DNA of 64,000 bases from an uncultured bacterium (GCA_964630595.1 CAZVVT010000001.1:248575-312574); one strand, 5' to 3'. Positions 23,513 to 33,572 are shown, counted from the stretch's first letter. Numbers and translations are program-made. The notes: generated from the letters alone by a model not told the origin.

Positions 23513-24777
23513 TAGGCTGCTCTGGATTTTCCGAAACTACCGCGTGGCTTGCCATACGAGCTGCGTGGCTTACCGAAGCTGCCTCTTGGCTTACCGCCCC
23601 ATTTTTTCTTCTTAGGCGGCTGGCTTTCATCGCTATCGGCAACACGTACTTTCGGCTCCATTCCAGGAATGGTGTGCAGCACCATCTTGTGCCCTGTAAA
23701 ACGCTCAATGCGCTTCACTAAGTACATATCTCGAGGGCCCGCAAAAGAGAGAGCAACGCCCATCGCTCCTGCACGACCTGTACGACCAATTCTGTGCACA
23801 TAGTCCTCTTCGTTCTCGGGAAGATCGAAGTTGATCACGTGGCTGATGTTCTGCACATCAATGCCGCGCGCAGCCACGTCGGTTGCCACAAGAAAACGAA
23901 TTTCATTTCTGTACATGCGCTGAATTGTACGCGTACGCTGACGCTGATTCATGTCCCCGTGAAGAGGCGCTGCATCCAGACCACTGCGGTAGAGTTTTTC
24001 TGACAGCTGGTCCGCTTGGCGTTTGGTCGCCGTAAAAATGATGGCTTGCGTCACTGTCTTGTCGACCAAGATGTGGTTCAACAATGTGTACTTGTGATCG
24101 ATGTTGTCCACACCGTGCAGACGCTGTTCGATGTTTTCGTGACGCGCTTTATCGGCGCTGATGGCGATCTCGACCGGATTGTTCAGCAGCTTGCGCGCCA
24201 GGCCCATCACATTGCGCCCAATCGTTGCAGAAAAGAGCAGTGTTTGACGGTTTTTGGGGATTGCTGAAACGATGTCTTCGATCGGCTTAATAAAGCCCAT
24301 GTCGAGGAGGCGATCCGCCTCATCCAAGATCAACATCTCCAAACCGGAGAAATTCACGCGACCCTGTTCCATATGGTCGATCAAACGACCGGGCGTAGCC
24401 ACGAGAATGTCATAAGGACGAGAAAGATCGCGGTTTTGAGCAGGATACGGAGCGCCGCCGAAAATGCAGATCGTTCTGACTTGGGGGAGAAATTCGGTGT
24501 ATTTGCGTGCCTGTGCTGCCACCTGCATCGCCAGTTCGCGTGTGGGTACTAAAACCAGCACCTTCGGTCCCCGGCCTCTGCCCTGGACTACGCGATTCAC
24601 GGCCGGCAAAATGAATGCCGCCGTCTTACCCGTTCCGGTCTGAGCCGAGGCGAGCAGGTCTTTTCCATCCATGATCTGGGGAATTGCCTGCTCTTGGATC
24701 GGCGTGGGGGCGGTGTAGCCCGCAGCCGCAATGGCTTTCACAATTTCCGGGTGTAAGTTGAAGTTCTTAAAAGCCAT
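23509..24777 (-). CDS. DEAD-box ATP-dependent RNA helicase
   Basis: Q motif, AQTGTGKTAAF, DEAD, SAT and HRIGRTGRAG. The C-terminus is basic with GKPR(G/S)S(F/Y) repeats. Confidence 0.95.
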   Translation of the reverse strand: MAFKNFNLHPEIVKAIAAAGYTAPTPIQEQAIPQIMDGKDLLASAQTGTGKTAAFILPAVNRVVQGRGRGPKVLVLVPTRELAMQVAAQARKYTEFLPQVRTICIFGGAPYPAQNRDLSRPYDILVATPGRLIDHMEQGRVNFSGLEMLILDEADRLLDMGFIKPIEDIVSAIPKNRQTLLFSATIGRNVMGLARKLLNNPVEIAISADKARHENIEQRLHGVDNIDHKYTLLNHILVDKTVTQAIIFTATKRQADQLSEKLYRSGLDAAPLHGDMNQRQRTRTIQRMYRNEIRFLVATDVAARGIDVQNISHVINFDLPENEEDYVHRIGRTGRAGAMGVALSFAGPRDMYLVKRIERFTGHKMVLHTIPGMEPKVRVADSDESQPPKKKKWGGKPRGSFGKPRSSYGKPRGSFGKSRAAY

Positions 24778-24853
24778 TGTCCTCTATTTTTAGTTTTTTG
24801 GATAAATAATCGTACCAGTGTATCACGGCATATGCTTTAAAGATAGTCCTTAT

Positions 24854-25477
24854 ATGACCCGTATCATTACCCTTTTATCCCTCCTAGGAGCCTCTCTTTG
24901 GGGCTCTTTACCTCCCGCAACGGCTCTTTATGAACTCATCGAAGGAAACCGCCGCTTTTCCCACGACCAGCCCCTGCATATCAATCGCAGCCAGGAACGG
25001 CGCAGGGAAACGGCGGGCAAGCAGGAGCCCTTTGCCACCATCGTGGGCTGCTCAGACTCTAGAGTCCCCTCTGAAATCATCTTCGACCAAGGCATTGGCG
25101 ACCTCTTTATCGTCCGCGTCGCAGGCAACGTGGTAGGCCCCTTAGAGCTCGCCAGCATCGAATATGGCTCTTTCTATCTGGGCTCTTCCCTCATTCTCGT
25201 CCTCGGCCATGAAAGCTGTGGAGCCGTCAGAGCCGTGCTAGATGGCACCACCGCCAATATCGAGCCCGTTGCTGAGCTTATCCAGCCCATTGCCGACCAA
25301 ACGAAAGACCAACCGGGCAATCGCCTTGAAAATACCATCAAAGCAAACGCCCTTTACACAGCTAAGTCGTTGAAAAAGAACCCTGTACTGAAAAAACTCA
25401 TTGAGCAGCAAAAGTTGCAAATCGTGGCGGGCTACTACAATTTTCACACTGGACAAGTCGAAATCCTATCCCCTTGA
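24854..25477 (+). CDS. beta-class carbonic anhydrase with signal peptide
   Basis: CSDSRVP and HESCGAV zinc-ligand motifs. N-terminal MTRIITLLSLLGASLWG. Confidence 0.85.
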   Translation: MTRIITLLSLLGASLWGSLPPATALYELIEGNRRFSHDQPLHINRSQERRRETAGKQEPFATIVGCSDSRVPSEIIFDQGIGDLFIVRVAGNVVGPLELASIEYGSFYLGSSLILVLGHESCGAVRAVLDGTTANIEPVAELIQPIADQTKDQPGNRLENTIKANALYTAKSLKKNPVLKKLIEQQKLQIVAGYYNFHTGQVEILSP

Positions 25478-25510
25478 GATTAATCGAAGCTTTTGGCATT
25501 TAGAGATTAA

Positions 25511-26002
25511 ATGTTAGCCCTTTACGCTTTCCTCATTGCCCTTACGGGGACCTTTATCCAGTTCTTCCTCAAGAAGAAGCGTCAGAAATGGGGCGTTCTT
25601 TTAGAGCTCTTTCTCCAGTGGGCCATTCCCCTCAACATCGGTGTTCTCGGCATCATCAACTTCATTGCCCACGCCTTCTTTGGCCCCCAAGTGGCTGCGG
25701 AAATCGGCTGGGCCGCCTATAGCCCCTTCCAGTTTGAAGTGGCCGTTGCCAACCTCTCCTTCGGCATCGTCGGCCTACTCTCCCTCTGGCTGCGCGGCGG
25801 TTTCTGGCTCGCCGTCGTCATCGCCAACTCCTTCTTCCTCCTTGGAGACGCCATCGGCCATATTCGCCAACAAATGCGGGGCGACTTCGCCTTCTACAAC
25901 TCCGGAGCTCTGCTCTGGATTGGCGACGTAGCCATCCCCCTCCTTCTGCTGCTTACTGTCTGGGTCTACGCCAAGCAGCACAAGAATGCCCTGCTGCGCT
26001 AA
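25511..26002 (+). CDS. hypothetical membrane protein (4-5 TM)
   Basis: 163 aa and hydrophobic. No diagnostic motif recognised. Confidence 0.5.
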   Translation: MLALYAFLIALTGTFIQFFLKKKRQKWGVLLELFLQWAIPLNIGVLGIINFIAHAFFGPQVAAEIGWAAYSPFQFEVAVANLSFGIVGLLSLWLRGGFWLAVVIANSFFLLGDAIGHIRQQMRGDFAFYNSGALLWIGDVAIPLLLLLTVWVYAKQHKNALLR

Positions 26003-26158
26003 ACTAGCGCCCCTCTATGTTTATTCGACCCTTTTTCACCAGAGCACCCACTTACACAGTACGACTCATCTCTAAGCCCCGCTCCCCTACTCTTCAGCAC
26101 AACACGTACGGGCTGGACCGTGCAGCACAGCTTGCGTTTGAATTGCTGGAGGAAACTT

Positions 26159-26851
26159 TTACCCAAGATCAAAAAGCAAAAGCACAGTCGCTTGCGAAGC
26201 GTTCAGTTTTACCAGCTGATCCTCGCTGATCGAACAGCCGTCACCTGCTTTTAGCGTCTTGTCTTGAATATCGATTTCCCCTTTAGCGACTTGCACCCAG
26301 ATGTGGCGGCCCTGCCGGATCGTGTAATCGATGGCGGCGCCGGGGTCTAGGTTTGCCATGTACACAAGCGCGTCTTGATTGATTTTGAGCGACTGCTCTT
26401 TGCCCTCTTTAGAGGCAATGAGAACAAGGCTATTGGGCATTTCGGGAAAACTGCGCTGCTGGTAGCCAGGCTTGAGCCCCTCGCTATCGGGCTCGATCCA
26501 GATCTGCAAGAGGTGTGTCTTTTCATCCTTTGAAGGATTGCGTTCGCTGTGGCGAATGCCTGAGCCGGCGCTCATCAATTGCACCTCGCCCGCCTGGATG
26601 ATTTCCTCATGGCCCATGCTGTCTTTGTGGGCAATTTGGCCCTCCAGCACAACAGTGAGAATCTCCATGTTGCGATGCGCATGTGTGTCGAACCCCTTCG
26701 TAGGGGCGATGACATCTTCATTGATGACGCGCAGGGTGCGGTAGCCCATGTGGCGCGGATCATTGTACTCGCCGAAGGAAAAGGTATGGGCCGTTTGCAA
26801 CCAACCGTGGTTGAAATTTCCTCTTTCTTCAGAAGGTCTCACATCGATCAT
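26159..26851 (-). CDS. pirin family protein (YhhW-like)
   Basis: MIDVRPSEERGNFNHGWLQTAHTFSFGEY..., then cupin His ligands in GFDTHAHRNMEILTVVLEG. The start at Met54 gives 230 aa, the usual pirin length. The longer ORF adds a hydrophobic leader. Confidence 0.8.
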   Translation of the reverse strand: MIDVRPSEERGNFNHGWLQTAHTFSFGEYNDPRHMGYRTLRVINEDVIAPTKGFDTHAHRNMEILTVVLEGQIAHKDSMGHEEIIQAGEVQLMSAGSGIRHSERNPSKDEKTHLLQIWIEPDSEGLKPGYQQRSFPEMPNSLVLIASKEGKEQSLKINQDALVYMANLDPGAAIDYTIRQGRHIWVQVAKGEIDIQDKTLKAGDGCSISEDQLVKLNASQATVLLLFDLG

Positions 26852-26953
26852 AAGTGTTGCCGCAAGGATAAGGGATAACATAGTGCTGGAAATCATGAAC
26901 CTCTTGGAATTTTCTTGGAAGAAATGAGAAGAGCTCTCAATACTCGCTCTCTT

Positions 26954-27448
26954 ATGTTCAAGTACATCCCCCTCTTTCTCGTTCTCATCACTAACATCTA
27001 CTCGATGCAACTGACACGAGAGGGTTCTCCCTCTTTGGTGGGCGCACGTTTAGTGCAGCCCATGCTGCTCGATTTGGACGACCAAAAAATCCGCGTTTCC
27101 CTTCCCGGCAAACCCAGCTGCGGTCTTTCCAGCGGTGCGGTCTACACGAAAAGTGCGGAAAATGGCACGAACTACACAGCCATCTCTTCTTACAATCCAT
27201 TTTATCCGAAGAATACTCAGGAGCTCATCACGGCCTTCGGCTTCAGCGATGAGGATGAGATCCGGCCTCTCGCCCAACTTCCCTCCTGGGCCGACTCCGG
27301 CGTAGAAATCGTCGACCGAGACGGGGCTGGTCAGATCACCCTAATCTGCCGCCTCTTTACCACCTCCAAGCGCCCCATCGCTCTCCTCATATCCGGTAGA
27401 GACATCGCCTATATTGATACCTTTACCTCTTCTGTACGAATTCATTAA
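26954..27448 (+). CDS. hypothetical secreted protein
   Basis: Signal-like MFKYIPLFLVLITNIYS. No recognisable motif. Confidence 0.45.
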   Translation: MFKYIPLFLVLITNIYSMQLTREGSPSLVGARLVQPMLLDLDDQKIRVSLPGKPSCGLSSGAVYTKSAENGTNYTAISSYNPFYPKNTQELITAFGFSDEDEIRPLAQLPSWADSGVEIVDRDGAGQITLICRLFTTSKRPIALLISGRDIAYIDTFTSSVRIH

Positions 27449-27466
27449 TTTGTGTACTGTAGTGCC

Positions 27467-28417
27467 ATGCGCGCTATGGTGCTCGAAGGGCAGAAAAAGC
27501 CTCTTGTTCTCAGGGATGTGCCCCTACCGAAGGGTCCGCACATCATTAAGGTGCTCGCCTGTGGTGTGTGCCGCACCGATCTGCATATTGTCGATGGTGA
27601 CCTAAAAGCTCCTCACCTGCCCTTGATTCCCGGTCACGAGATCGTGGGGATACTAGATGGTCAAAGAGTGGGCGTACCTTGGCTAGCGGGCAGTTGCGGC
27701 CATTGCCCCTACTGCCAGACGGCGCGGGAAAATCTCTGCGATGCTGCGCACTTTACCGGCTATACGGTCAACGGGGGCTATGCGGAGTATGCCTCCGTTA
27801 ATCCCGACTACTGCTTTCCCATTCCCGATAGCTACAACAATGAGGAAGCTGCCCCTCTGCTCTGCGCGGGACTGATCGGCTTTCGCGCTCTGCGCAAATG
27901 CGGACAGGCGAAAACGATCGGCTTCTACGGCTTTGGTGCCTCGGCTCACATCACCATCCAAGCAGCGACCTACTTGGGCAAAAAGATTTTCGCCTTCACG
28001 AAAGAGGGCGACGGCAAGGGTCAAGACTTTGCCCGCTCACTGGGCGCAGCATGGGCCGGCTCTTCGAGGCAGCCGCCGCCGCAGCCCCTCGATGCCGCCA
28101 TCATCTTTGCCCCCGTGGGCTCTCTCGTTATCGAAGCACTTAGCCATTTGCGAAAGGGGGGAATCGTTGTTTTGGCCGGCATCCACATGAGTGATATCCC
28201 TCCCATTCCCTACCCTCTAATTTGGGGCGAGCGGTGCATTGCCTCCGTGGCCAACTTGACTCGAGAAGATGGGCGCCTCTTCTTCGATCTCGCACAAAAA
28301 GCAAAAATCAAAACGACGGTAGCCTCTTACCCGCTAGAAAGAGCAAACGAGGCGCTGCAAGCTGTGCGCAGCGGCACCCTTACAGGGGCAGCCGTTCTTT
28401 CAATTGCTCAGCGCTGA
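27467..28417 (+). CDS. zinc-dependent alcohol dehydrogenase family oxidoreductase
   Basis: GVCRTDLH, GHEIVG and CGHCPYC (structural zinc), plus a GFGASAH nucleotide-binding region. Confidence 0.9.
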   Translation: MRAMVLEGQKKPLVLRDVPLPKGPHIIKVLACGVCRTDLHIVDGDLKAPHLPLIPGHEIVGILDGQRVGVPWLAGSCGHCPYCQTARENLCDAAHFTGYTVNGGYAEYASVNPDYCFPIPDSYNNEEAAPLLCAGLIGFRALRKCGQAKTIGFYGFGASAHITIQAATYLGKKIFAFTKEGDGKGQDFARSLGAAWAGSSRQPPPQPLDAAIIFAPVGSLVIEALSHLRKGGIVVLAGIHMSDIPPIPYPLIWGERCIASVANLTREDGRLFFDLAQKAKIKTTVASYPLERANEALQAVRSGTLTGAAVLSIAQR

Positions 28418-28634
28418 GCGGAAATTCCAACACTTTCAAACGACTCGCCGCCCCCTGTACCAGCACAATATCGCGTTGCGGGAGCTGCAAAATCTCTGCT
28501 AAAAAAATGACTAAAGCGCTGTTGGCTTTTCCCTTATCTGCGGGGGCATGTATAGCAATTTTTAGAATATCCTCTTGCCAGCCGAGAATGCGGGTCTTGC
28601 TAGCGCCGGGGGTTACCTTCACATTCAATCGCAT
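28380..28634 (-). CDS. yggU: DUF167/YggU family protein
   Basis: LNVKVTPGASKTRILGW...LKIAIHAPADKGKANSALVIFLAEIL. Its 3' end overlaps the convergent ADH gene by 38 nt. Confidence 0.75.
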   Translation of the reverse strand: MRLNVKVTPGASKTRILGWQEDILKIAIHAPADKGKANSALVIFLAEILQLPQRDIVLVQGAASRLKVLEFPLSAEQLKERLPL

Positions 28635-28676
28635 TGTTTTTTATTGGCCCAATCCTTAGACTTTTCACTTTCTTTG

Positions 28677-28749
28677 GGGCGTATAGCTCAGTTGGTAGAG
28701 CTCCTGTCTTACACACAGGTGGTCATAGGTTCGAGTCCTGTTGCGCCCA
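28677..28749 (+). tRNA. tRNA-Val (anticodon TAC)
   Basis: Hand-folded, 73 nt. Acceptor GGGCGTA/TGCGCCC, anticodon arm CCTGT-CTTACAC-ACAGG, T loop TTCGAGT. Confidence 0.85.
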
Positions 28750-28768
28750 AGTCACTATAGTCTACTCT

Positions 28769-28842
28769 GCGGGAGTAGTTCAACTGGTTAGAGCACCGGC
28801 TTGTCACGCCGGAAGTTGCGGGTTCGAGTCCCGTCTCTCGCG
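28769..28842 (+). tRNA. tRNA-Asp (anticodon GTC)
   Basis: Hand-folded, 74 nt. Acceptor GCGGGAG/CTCTCGC, anticodon arm CCGGC-TTGTCAC-GCCGG, T arm GCGGG-TTCGAGT-CCCGT. Confidence 0.85.
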
Positions 28843-28874
28843 TATAATGCCTCAACGGCGTTATTCTCCTTTTC

Positions 28875-29768
28875 ATGCCCACTCAAGCACAAATGCGCCC
28901 CTTCTGGCACCACCTCAACGCCTTCATCTGGATTGCAGCCGGTTCCGTTTTAGCCGCCATTGGCGTGCAGCTTTTCCTGGCACCCAATCGACTGATTGAC
29001 GGCGGCGTAGTGGGTCTGGCCATGATTGGGTCCTTCCTCTTTGGCAAAAGTTGGCTGCCCTATCTCTATGTTCTCTTAAACCTCCCCTTCCTCTGGCTCG
29101 CCCTCAAACAGATCGGCAAACACTTCGTCGTCATGATGTTCGTTGCGGTGATCTTCTTTACCACTGCCATCGTCGTCCTCGACTCCTTCCCCCCTTTCCA
29201 CGGTGAAACGCTAGAGGTGATCTTCCTTGGCGGTGTGATCTTAGGCGCCGGTATCGGCTTGGTGATTCGCAAAGGTGCATCGCTGGACGGAACAGAAATC
29301 TCCGCCATCATCATCAACCGTCGCTACGGCTTCACCGTCGGCCAAGTCATCCTCTTCATCAACATCTTCATCTTCGCCATCGCCGGCTTCGCTTACAATG
29401 ATTGGCACACCGCCCTGCAGTCGATGATGGTCTACATCGTGGCCACCAAGATCATGGATACGGTCATCGTGGGCCTAGAAGAGACCAAGTCCGTCATCAT
29501 CGTCTCCCGCAGACCTAAACAAATCTCCAAAGCAGTAATGGATGAATTGGGCATCGGCCTAACGGTTCTCTACGGCCGCGGCGGCTACTCCAACACAGAG
29601 CAAGAGATCCTCTACGTCATCGCAGAGCGTCTGCAACTCGCCGAGCTCAAAGAGATTGTGCACCGAGAAGACCCCATCGCCTTTATGGCTATCGAAAACC
29701 TGCACGAAGTCATCAACGGCCGCATCACGCCCCGCATGCGCAAACGCCGAGCAGCCGTTTCTACTTAA
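28875..29768 (+). CDS. yitT: YitT family membrane protein (DUF2179 C-terminal domain)
   Basis: LIDGGVVGLAMI and LDGTEISAIII membrane repeats, plus the C-terminal domain ...LTVLYGRGGYS...ILYVI..RLQLAELKEIV...DP.AFM. Confidence 0.8.
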   Translation: MPTQAQMRPFWHHLNAFIWIAAGSVLAAIGVQLFLAPNRLIDGGVVGLAMIGSFLFGKSWLPYLYVLLNLPFLWLALKQIGKHFVVMMFVAVIFFTTAIVVLDSFPPFHGETLEVIFLGGVILGAGIGLVIRKGASLDGTEISAIIINRRYGFTVGQVILFINIFIFAIAGFAYNDWHTALQSMMVYIVATKIMDTVIVGLEETKSVIIVSRRPKQISKAVMDELGIGLTVLYGRGGYSNTEQEILYVIAERLQLAELKEIVHREDPIAFMAIENLHEVINGRITPRMRKRRAAVST

Positions 29769-30322
29769 GTTCCCGCCCATGCCGGTGACAAGCCGTGCGG
29801 AATGCCAAAGCAATCAAGAATTTTCCCTACGATGGCGTTTTCCATTTCATCGAGAGTAGTGGGTTTATTGTACCAAGCGGGCACGGGAGGCAGGATGAAG
29901 GCGCCGGCTTGTGCCAGTTTGTGCATGTTCTCTAAATGGATGGAAGAGAGGGGTGTTTCGCGAACGGCGAGGAGGAGTGTGCGGCGCTCTTTGAGGCAAA
30001 CGTCGGCGGCGCGGCGGATGAGATTGTCGGAGAGACCGCAAGCAACGGCGGCTACAGTGGCCATGCTGCACGGAATGATGGCCATACCGCGGCTTTTGTA
30101 GGAACCGCTGGCGATCGTGGCACCAATGTCGCCAATGTTGTGCAGGTGAACGTGATCGGCGGCAGCAAGCTCTTTGGGGCTGATGCCTAGTTCGTGTTTG
30201 AGCATGACAGCGCCGGCGCTGGAGATAATCAGCTCAACGCGAAATGCCGTGAGGGCATCGATGAGTTTTTTGGCGAGGATCGCTCCGGAGGCTCCGGTGA
30301 TCCCTATAACAATGCGCTCCAC
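29765..30322 (-). CDS. ubiX: flavin prenyltransferase UbiX family (MqnL-like in the futalosine route)
   Basis: IVIGITGASGAILAKKLIDAL, IIPCSMATVAAVA and RAADVCLKERR blocks. A GTG start at 30322 gives 185 aa. The longer track ORF would overlap ubiA by 190 nt. Confidence 0.8.
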   Translation of the reverse strand: MERIVIGITGASGAILAKKLIDALTAFRVELIISSAGAVMLKHELGISPKELAAADHVHLHNIGDIGATIASGSYKSRGMAIIPCSMATVAAVACGLSDNLIRRAADVCLKERRTLLLAVRETPLSSIHLENMHKLAQAGAFILPPVPAWYNKPTTLDEMENAIVGKILDCFGIPHGLSPAWAGT

Positions 30323-31149
30323 AGACTTCCGAACATAATTGCCAATGATGTTCCCGCAGTGAAGGGGAAAAAGGCAAGGGCAATGCGTCCCTGTCTCGCC
30401 TCCTGCCAGAGACGGAAAAGGCAGAAAGCAGCGGCTCCCAAAGCAGCCCAGAAGGGACTTTTCAGACTCAAATCCATGCCGGCCCAGCCCCAAAAGACGA
30501 GAGCGAGCAGAAAGAGGATACCGGCTGTGTTCTCCGCAGCATTTTCGCCCCAGCGAGCCGGAATACTGAAGAGCCCCCAGGAGCGGTCAAAGTCCACATC
30601 TTGCACGGCGTAGAGGATATCCACCCCCGAGATGAAGCAGAAAATGGCCAGACCCAGTAGCACGGCCGCAAAACTCACCGTCCCTGTCATGACGGCCCAG
30701 GCCAGAACGGGAGCGAAAAACTCAATCAATCCCAGCGTGAAGTGGCAGAGGATCGTGGCTCTTTTAAGGAGTGGGTAGAGCAGCAATAACCCAGCGATGG
30801 GAAGGGCAGCGATGCGCGTAATCCAATTGGCCCAGAGGCAAATGGCGACAAAGACAGTGAGTGAAATAATGCCCGTCCACTGCACGGACTGACGCGAAAT
30901 GCGTCCGGCGGGCAGAGAGCGATTGCTGGTACGTGGATTGGCGCGGTCGATAGTTTCGTCAAAGAGACGGTTGAACGCCATGCCCGCTGTGCGCGCCGCA
31001 AGAAAGGCAAAAAAGACCGTCACTAACTGCCAAGAAGAGGTCCAGTTAGGCATCGACAAAAAGGCTGCAGTGAACGCTATGGGCAGCGCGAAAATCGCGT
31101 GCGGCAGAGCCAGTACTTCAAGAAGTTTTAATTTTGAAGTCACAACCAT
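30304..31149 (-). CDS. ubiA: UbiA-family aromatic polyprenyltransferase (4-hydroxybenzoate / MqnP-like)
   Basis: NRLFDETIDRANPRTSNRSLPAGRIS (the N/DxxxD prenyl-diphosphate motif). About 8 TM. Confidence 0.8.
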   Translation of the reverse strand: MVVTSKLKLLEVLALPHAIFALPIAFTAAFLSMPNWTSSWQLVTVFFAFLAARTAGMAFNRLFDETIDRANPRTSNRSLPAGRISRQSVQWTGIISLTVFVAICLWANWITRIAALPIAGLLLLYPLLKRATILCHFTLGLIEFFAPVLAWAVMTGTVSFAAVLLGLAIFCFISGVDILYAVQDVDFDRSWGLFSIPARWGENAAENTAGILFLLALVFWGWAGMDLSLKSPFWAALGAAAFCLFRLWQEARQGRIALAFFPFTAGTSLAIMFGSLWSALL

Positions 31150-32485
31150 CCTCGATGAGCGTATCGATGTATTTCAGATCGTAGGTGTTCTTGAGATACT
31201 TCTCATCTTCCAACATGTAGAGGTGGAAGGCAATGGTTGTTTTGACGCCGCCAATGTGAAACTCGCGCAGCGCACGTTTGGCGCGCGCAATAGCCTCCTC
31301 GCGAGTCCTTCCCTTCACAATCACCTTCGCTACCATGGAGTCGTAGTTGGGAGGAATCACATAGGCGGAGAAACAGGCGCTATCAACGCGCACATGAGGA
31401 CCACCGGGAGGGAGGTAATATTCCAACTTGCCAGGACTGGGAGCAAAGTTATTGGCAGGATCTTCCGCGTTGATGCGGAACTGCATGATATGACCTGAAT
31501 AGGTCACATCTTTTTGTTTGATGCTGAGTTTGTGACCCTGTGCAATGCGAATCTGTTCAACAACGAGGTCAACGCCCGTTAGCTCTTCCGTAATCGTGTG
31601 CTCTACTTGAATGCGCGTGTTGACTTCCATGAAGTAGAAGTTCATGTCCTTATCGAGCAAGAACTCCACGGTTCCCGCAGAGTAGTACTTCGCCGCTTTC
31701 ACAACAGCGATGGCCGCTTCCCCGATTTTCTCACGCAATTTTTGCGTGAGGATCGCACTGGGCGCCTCTTCAATCAGCTTCTGCCTACGCCGCTGAATCG
31801 AACAGTCGCGCTCACCGAGATAAACGTAGTTACCATGCTTGTCTCCCAGCACCTGCACTTCAACGTGGCGCGGGCTTTGGATCATCTTCTCTAAATAGAC
31901 ATCGGGGTTACCAAAAGCGGCCTCCCCTTCGGCGCGCGCCTGCGCAAAGAACTTAGCGAGCTGATCTTTGTTTTCCGCGATGCGAATCCCCTTTCCACCG
32001 CCGCCTGCAACCGCTTTGATGAAGATGGGGAATCCCAGCTTCTTCGCCTCTTTCTCCGCCTCTTCAATCGTGTTGACCACACCGTCAGAACCGGGAATGA
32101 CGGGACACTTGGCCGCCTTCGCCGTCGCTTTCGCTTGCGCCTTATCGCCCAAAAGAGAGATCGCTTTGGGTGATGGTCCAATGAAAGTCAAACCGCAGCT
32201 TTCGCAAATGGAGGCAAAATTGGCGTTCTCACTCAAAAAGCCATAACCGGGGTGAATCGCATCAGCGCCGGTGATCTCCGCAGCAGAGAGAATGCTGGGC
32301 ACTTTAAGATAGGATTTCGCAGAGGGAGCCTCTCCAATGCAAACGGCTTCGTCGGCATGGAGAACGTGCAGTGCTTGTGCATCTGCTTGACTGTACACGG
32401 CCACTGTCTGCAGCCCAAGATCGTGGCAAGCGCGAATGATGCGTACTGCGATCTCCCCTCGATTGGCGATCAAGACCTTTTTCAT
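31118..32485 (-). CDS. accC: acetyl-CoA carboxylase biotin carboxylase subunit
   Basis: MKKVLIANRGEIAVRIIRAC, ATP-grasp blocks (GGGGKGIRI, EMNTRIQVEH-like MEVNTRIQVEHTITE). 455 aa. Confidence 0.97.
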   Translation of the reverse strand: MKKVLIANRGEIAVRIIRACHDLGLQTVAVYSQADAQALHVLHADEAVCIGEAPSAKSYLKVPSILSAAEITGADAIHPGYGFLSENANFASICESCGLTFIGPSPKAISLLGDKAQAKATAKAAKCPVIPGSDGVVNTIEEAEKEAKKLGFPIFIKAVAGGGGKGIRIAENKDQLAKFFAQARAEGEAAFGNPDVYLEKMIQSPRHVEVQVLGDKHGNYVYLGERDCSIQRRRQKLIEEAPSAILTQKLREKIGEAAIAVVKAAKYYSAGTVEFLLDKDMNFYFMEVNTRIQVEHTITEELTGVDLVVEQIRIAQGHKLSIKQKDVTYSGHIMQFRINAEDPANNFAPSPGKLEYYLPPGGPHVRVDSACFSAYVIPPNYDSMVAKVIVKGRTREEAIARAKRALREFHIGGVKTTIAFHLYMLEDEKYLKNTYDLKYIDTLIEDGCDFKIKTS

Positions 32486-32955
32486 GAGACCTGAAAGAGC
32501 TTTGTTCCAAATTCAACGGGAGAGGAGCTGCTGACCAAGCTTTCTGTCACTACTCCAGAAACCCCCGCCTTCACTTCGTTCATCACCTTCATCGCCTCAA
32601 TGATACAGACAACCGTACCCGGCTCTACACGATCTCCTACTTTAACAAAGGGAGGATCATCGGGTGAGGGTGAGGCATAGAATGTTCCTACCATCGGCGA
32701 AGTGATGTACTTCGCGTCGACAGAGGGTTCTGCATTGCCCGTAGATTCCACACCACGTGCAGAAGGAAGGGGCCTTTGTGCGTCTTGCTCAAAGGGAGCG
32801 GGAGAATAGTAGGGCTGGGCGTGGTGAATCACAGGATGAGCTTCTGGATGACGCTCGAGAAGAATTTCAAAATCCCCCTCCTGTTTCCATACGAGCTTAT
32901 CGACACCCGCACGAATCATTGCGGCCATCAGCTCTTTGATCTGCCTATTATCCAT
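32482..32955 (-). CDS. accB: biotin carboxyl carrier protein
   Basis: Biotinylation motif IEAMKVMNEV. ATGA overlap with accC. Confidence 0.95.
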   Translation of the reverse strand: MDNRQIKELMAAMIRAGVDKLVWKQEGDFEILLERHPEAHPVIHHAQPYYSPAPFEQDAQRPLPSARGVESTGNAEPSVDAKYITSPMVGTFYASPSPDDPPFVKVGDRVEPGTVVCIIEAMKVMNEVKAGVSGVVTESLVSSSSPVEFGTKLFQVS

Positions 32956-32966
32956 GGCTTTACTCC

Positions 32967-33518
32967 CTACACCCTCTGGATGTATTCACGCGTTTTTGTG
33001 TCGACCTTGATGATGTCGCCCGCTTCAATAAAGGGGGGCACTTCCACGTTTGCACCCGTCTCTAAGGTCGCAACCTTGCTGCTTTGCCCCTTGGCCCGCT
33101 CTTTCATAGCTGTCTTCGCCACCATCAATTCCAAAAATTGCGGGAGCTCCACGGCATAGGTCTTTTCACCCCAAAAAGCGGCCTTAATCTCCACACCCTC
33201 TTTGAGGTACTGATGGCTCTCGCCAATCACCTCTTTGGCAACTAAAACATGCTCTAAACTATCGATATCAAGAAAGAGGTAGGCACCATTTTCCGGGTAG
33301 AGAAATTCAAGTCGCTTTTCTGTCAGCGAAACGTCCTTCACCGACTGGTCGACTTTAAAATTGCGTTCCACCAGCTGACCGGAACTTAAGTCCTTGAGTT
33401 TAACTCGGATAAATGGGTTTCCCTTGGCTACCGTAACCTTCATCGTCGACTCGACGCGGTAGACGCGGTTTCCCAGCGAAATGGTCATTCCCTGAGTAAC
33501 AGGATTAGAAACAGGCAT
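32967..33518 (-). CDS. efp: elongation factor P
   Basis: 183 aa with the three-domain EF-P pattern (...RVKLKDL.SG...E..F......V.......EFLY...) and C-terminal GDIIKVDTKTREYIQRV. Confidence 0.9.
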   Translation of the reverse strand: MPVSNPVTQGMTISLGNRVYRVESTMKVTVAKGNPFIRVKLKDLSSGQLVERNFKVDQSVKDVSLTEKRLEFLYPENGAYLFLDIDSLEHVLVAKEVIGESHQYLKEGVEIKAAFWGEKTYAVELPQFLELMVAKTAMKERAKGQSSKVATLETGANVEVPPFIEAGDIIKVDTKTREYIQRV

Positions 33519-33572
33519 GGACCTCTTACAATAAAGTGGTTAGTGGCTAAATGTCTATGATTAGCCAGATTT

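Noticed and set aside
26017-26229. A 70-aa plus-strand ORF between the membrane protein and pirin.
   Set aside because: It has no SD and no motif, and its last 71 nt overlap the conserved pirin C-terminus on the other strand.
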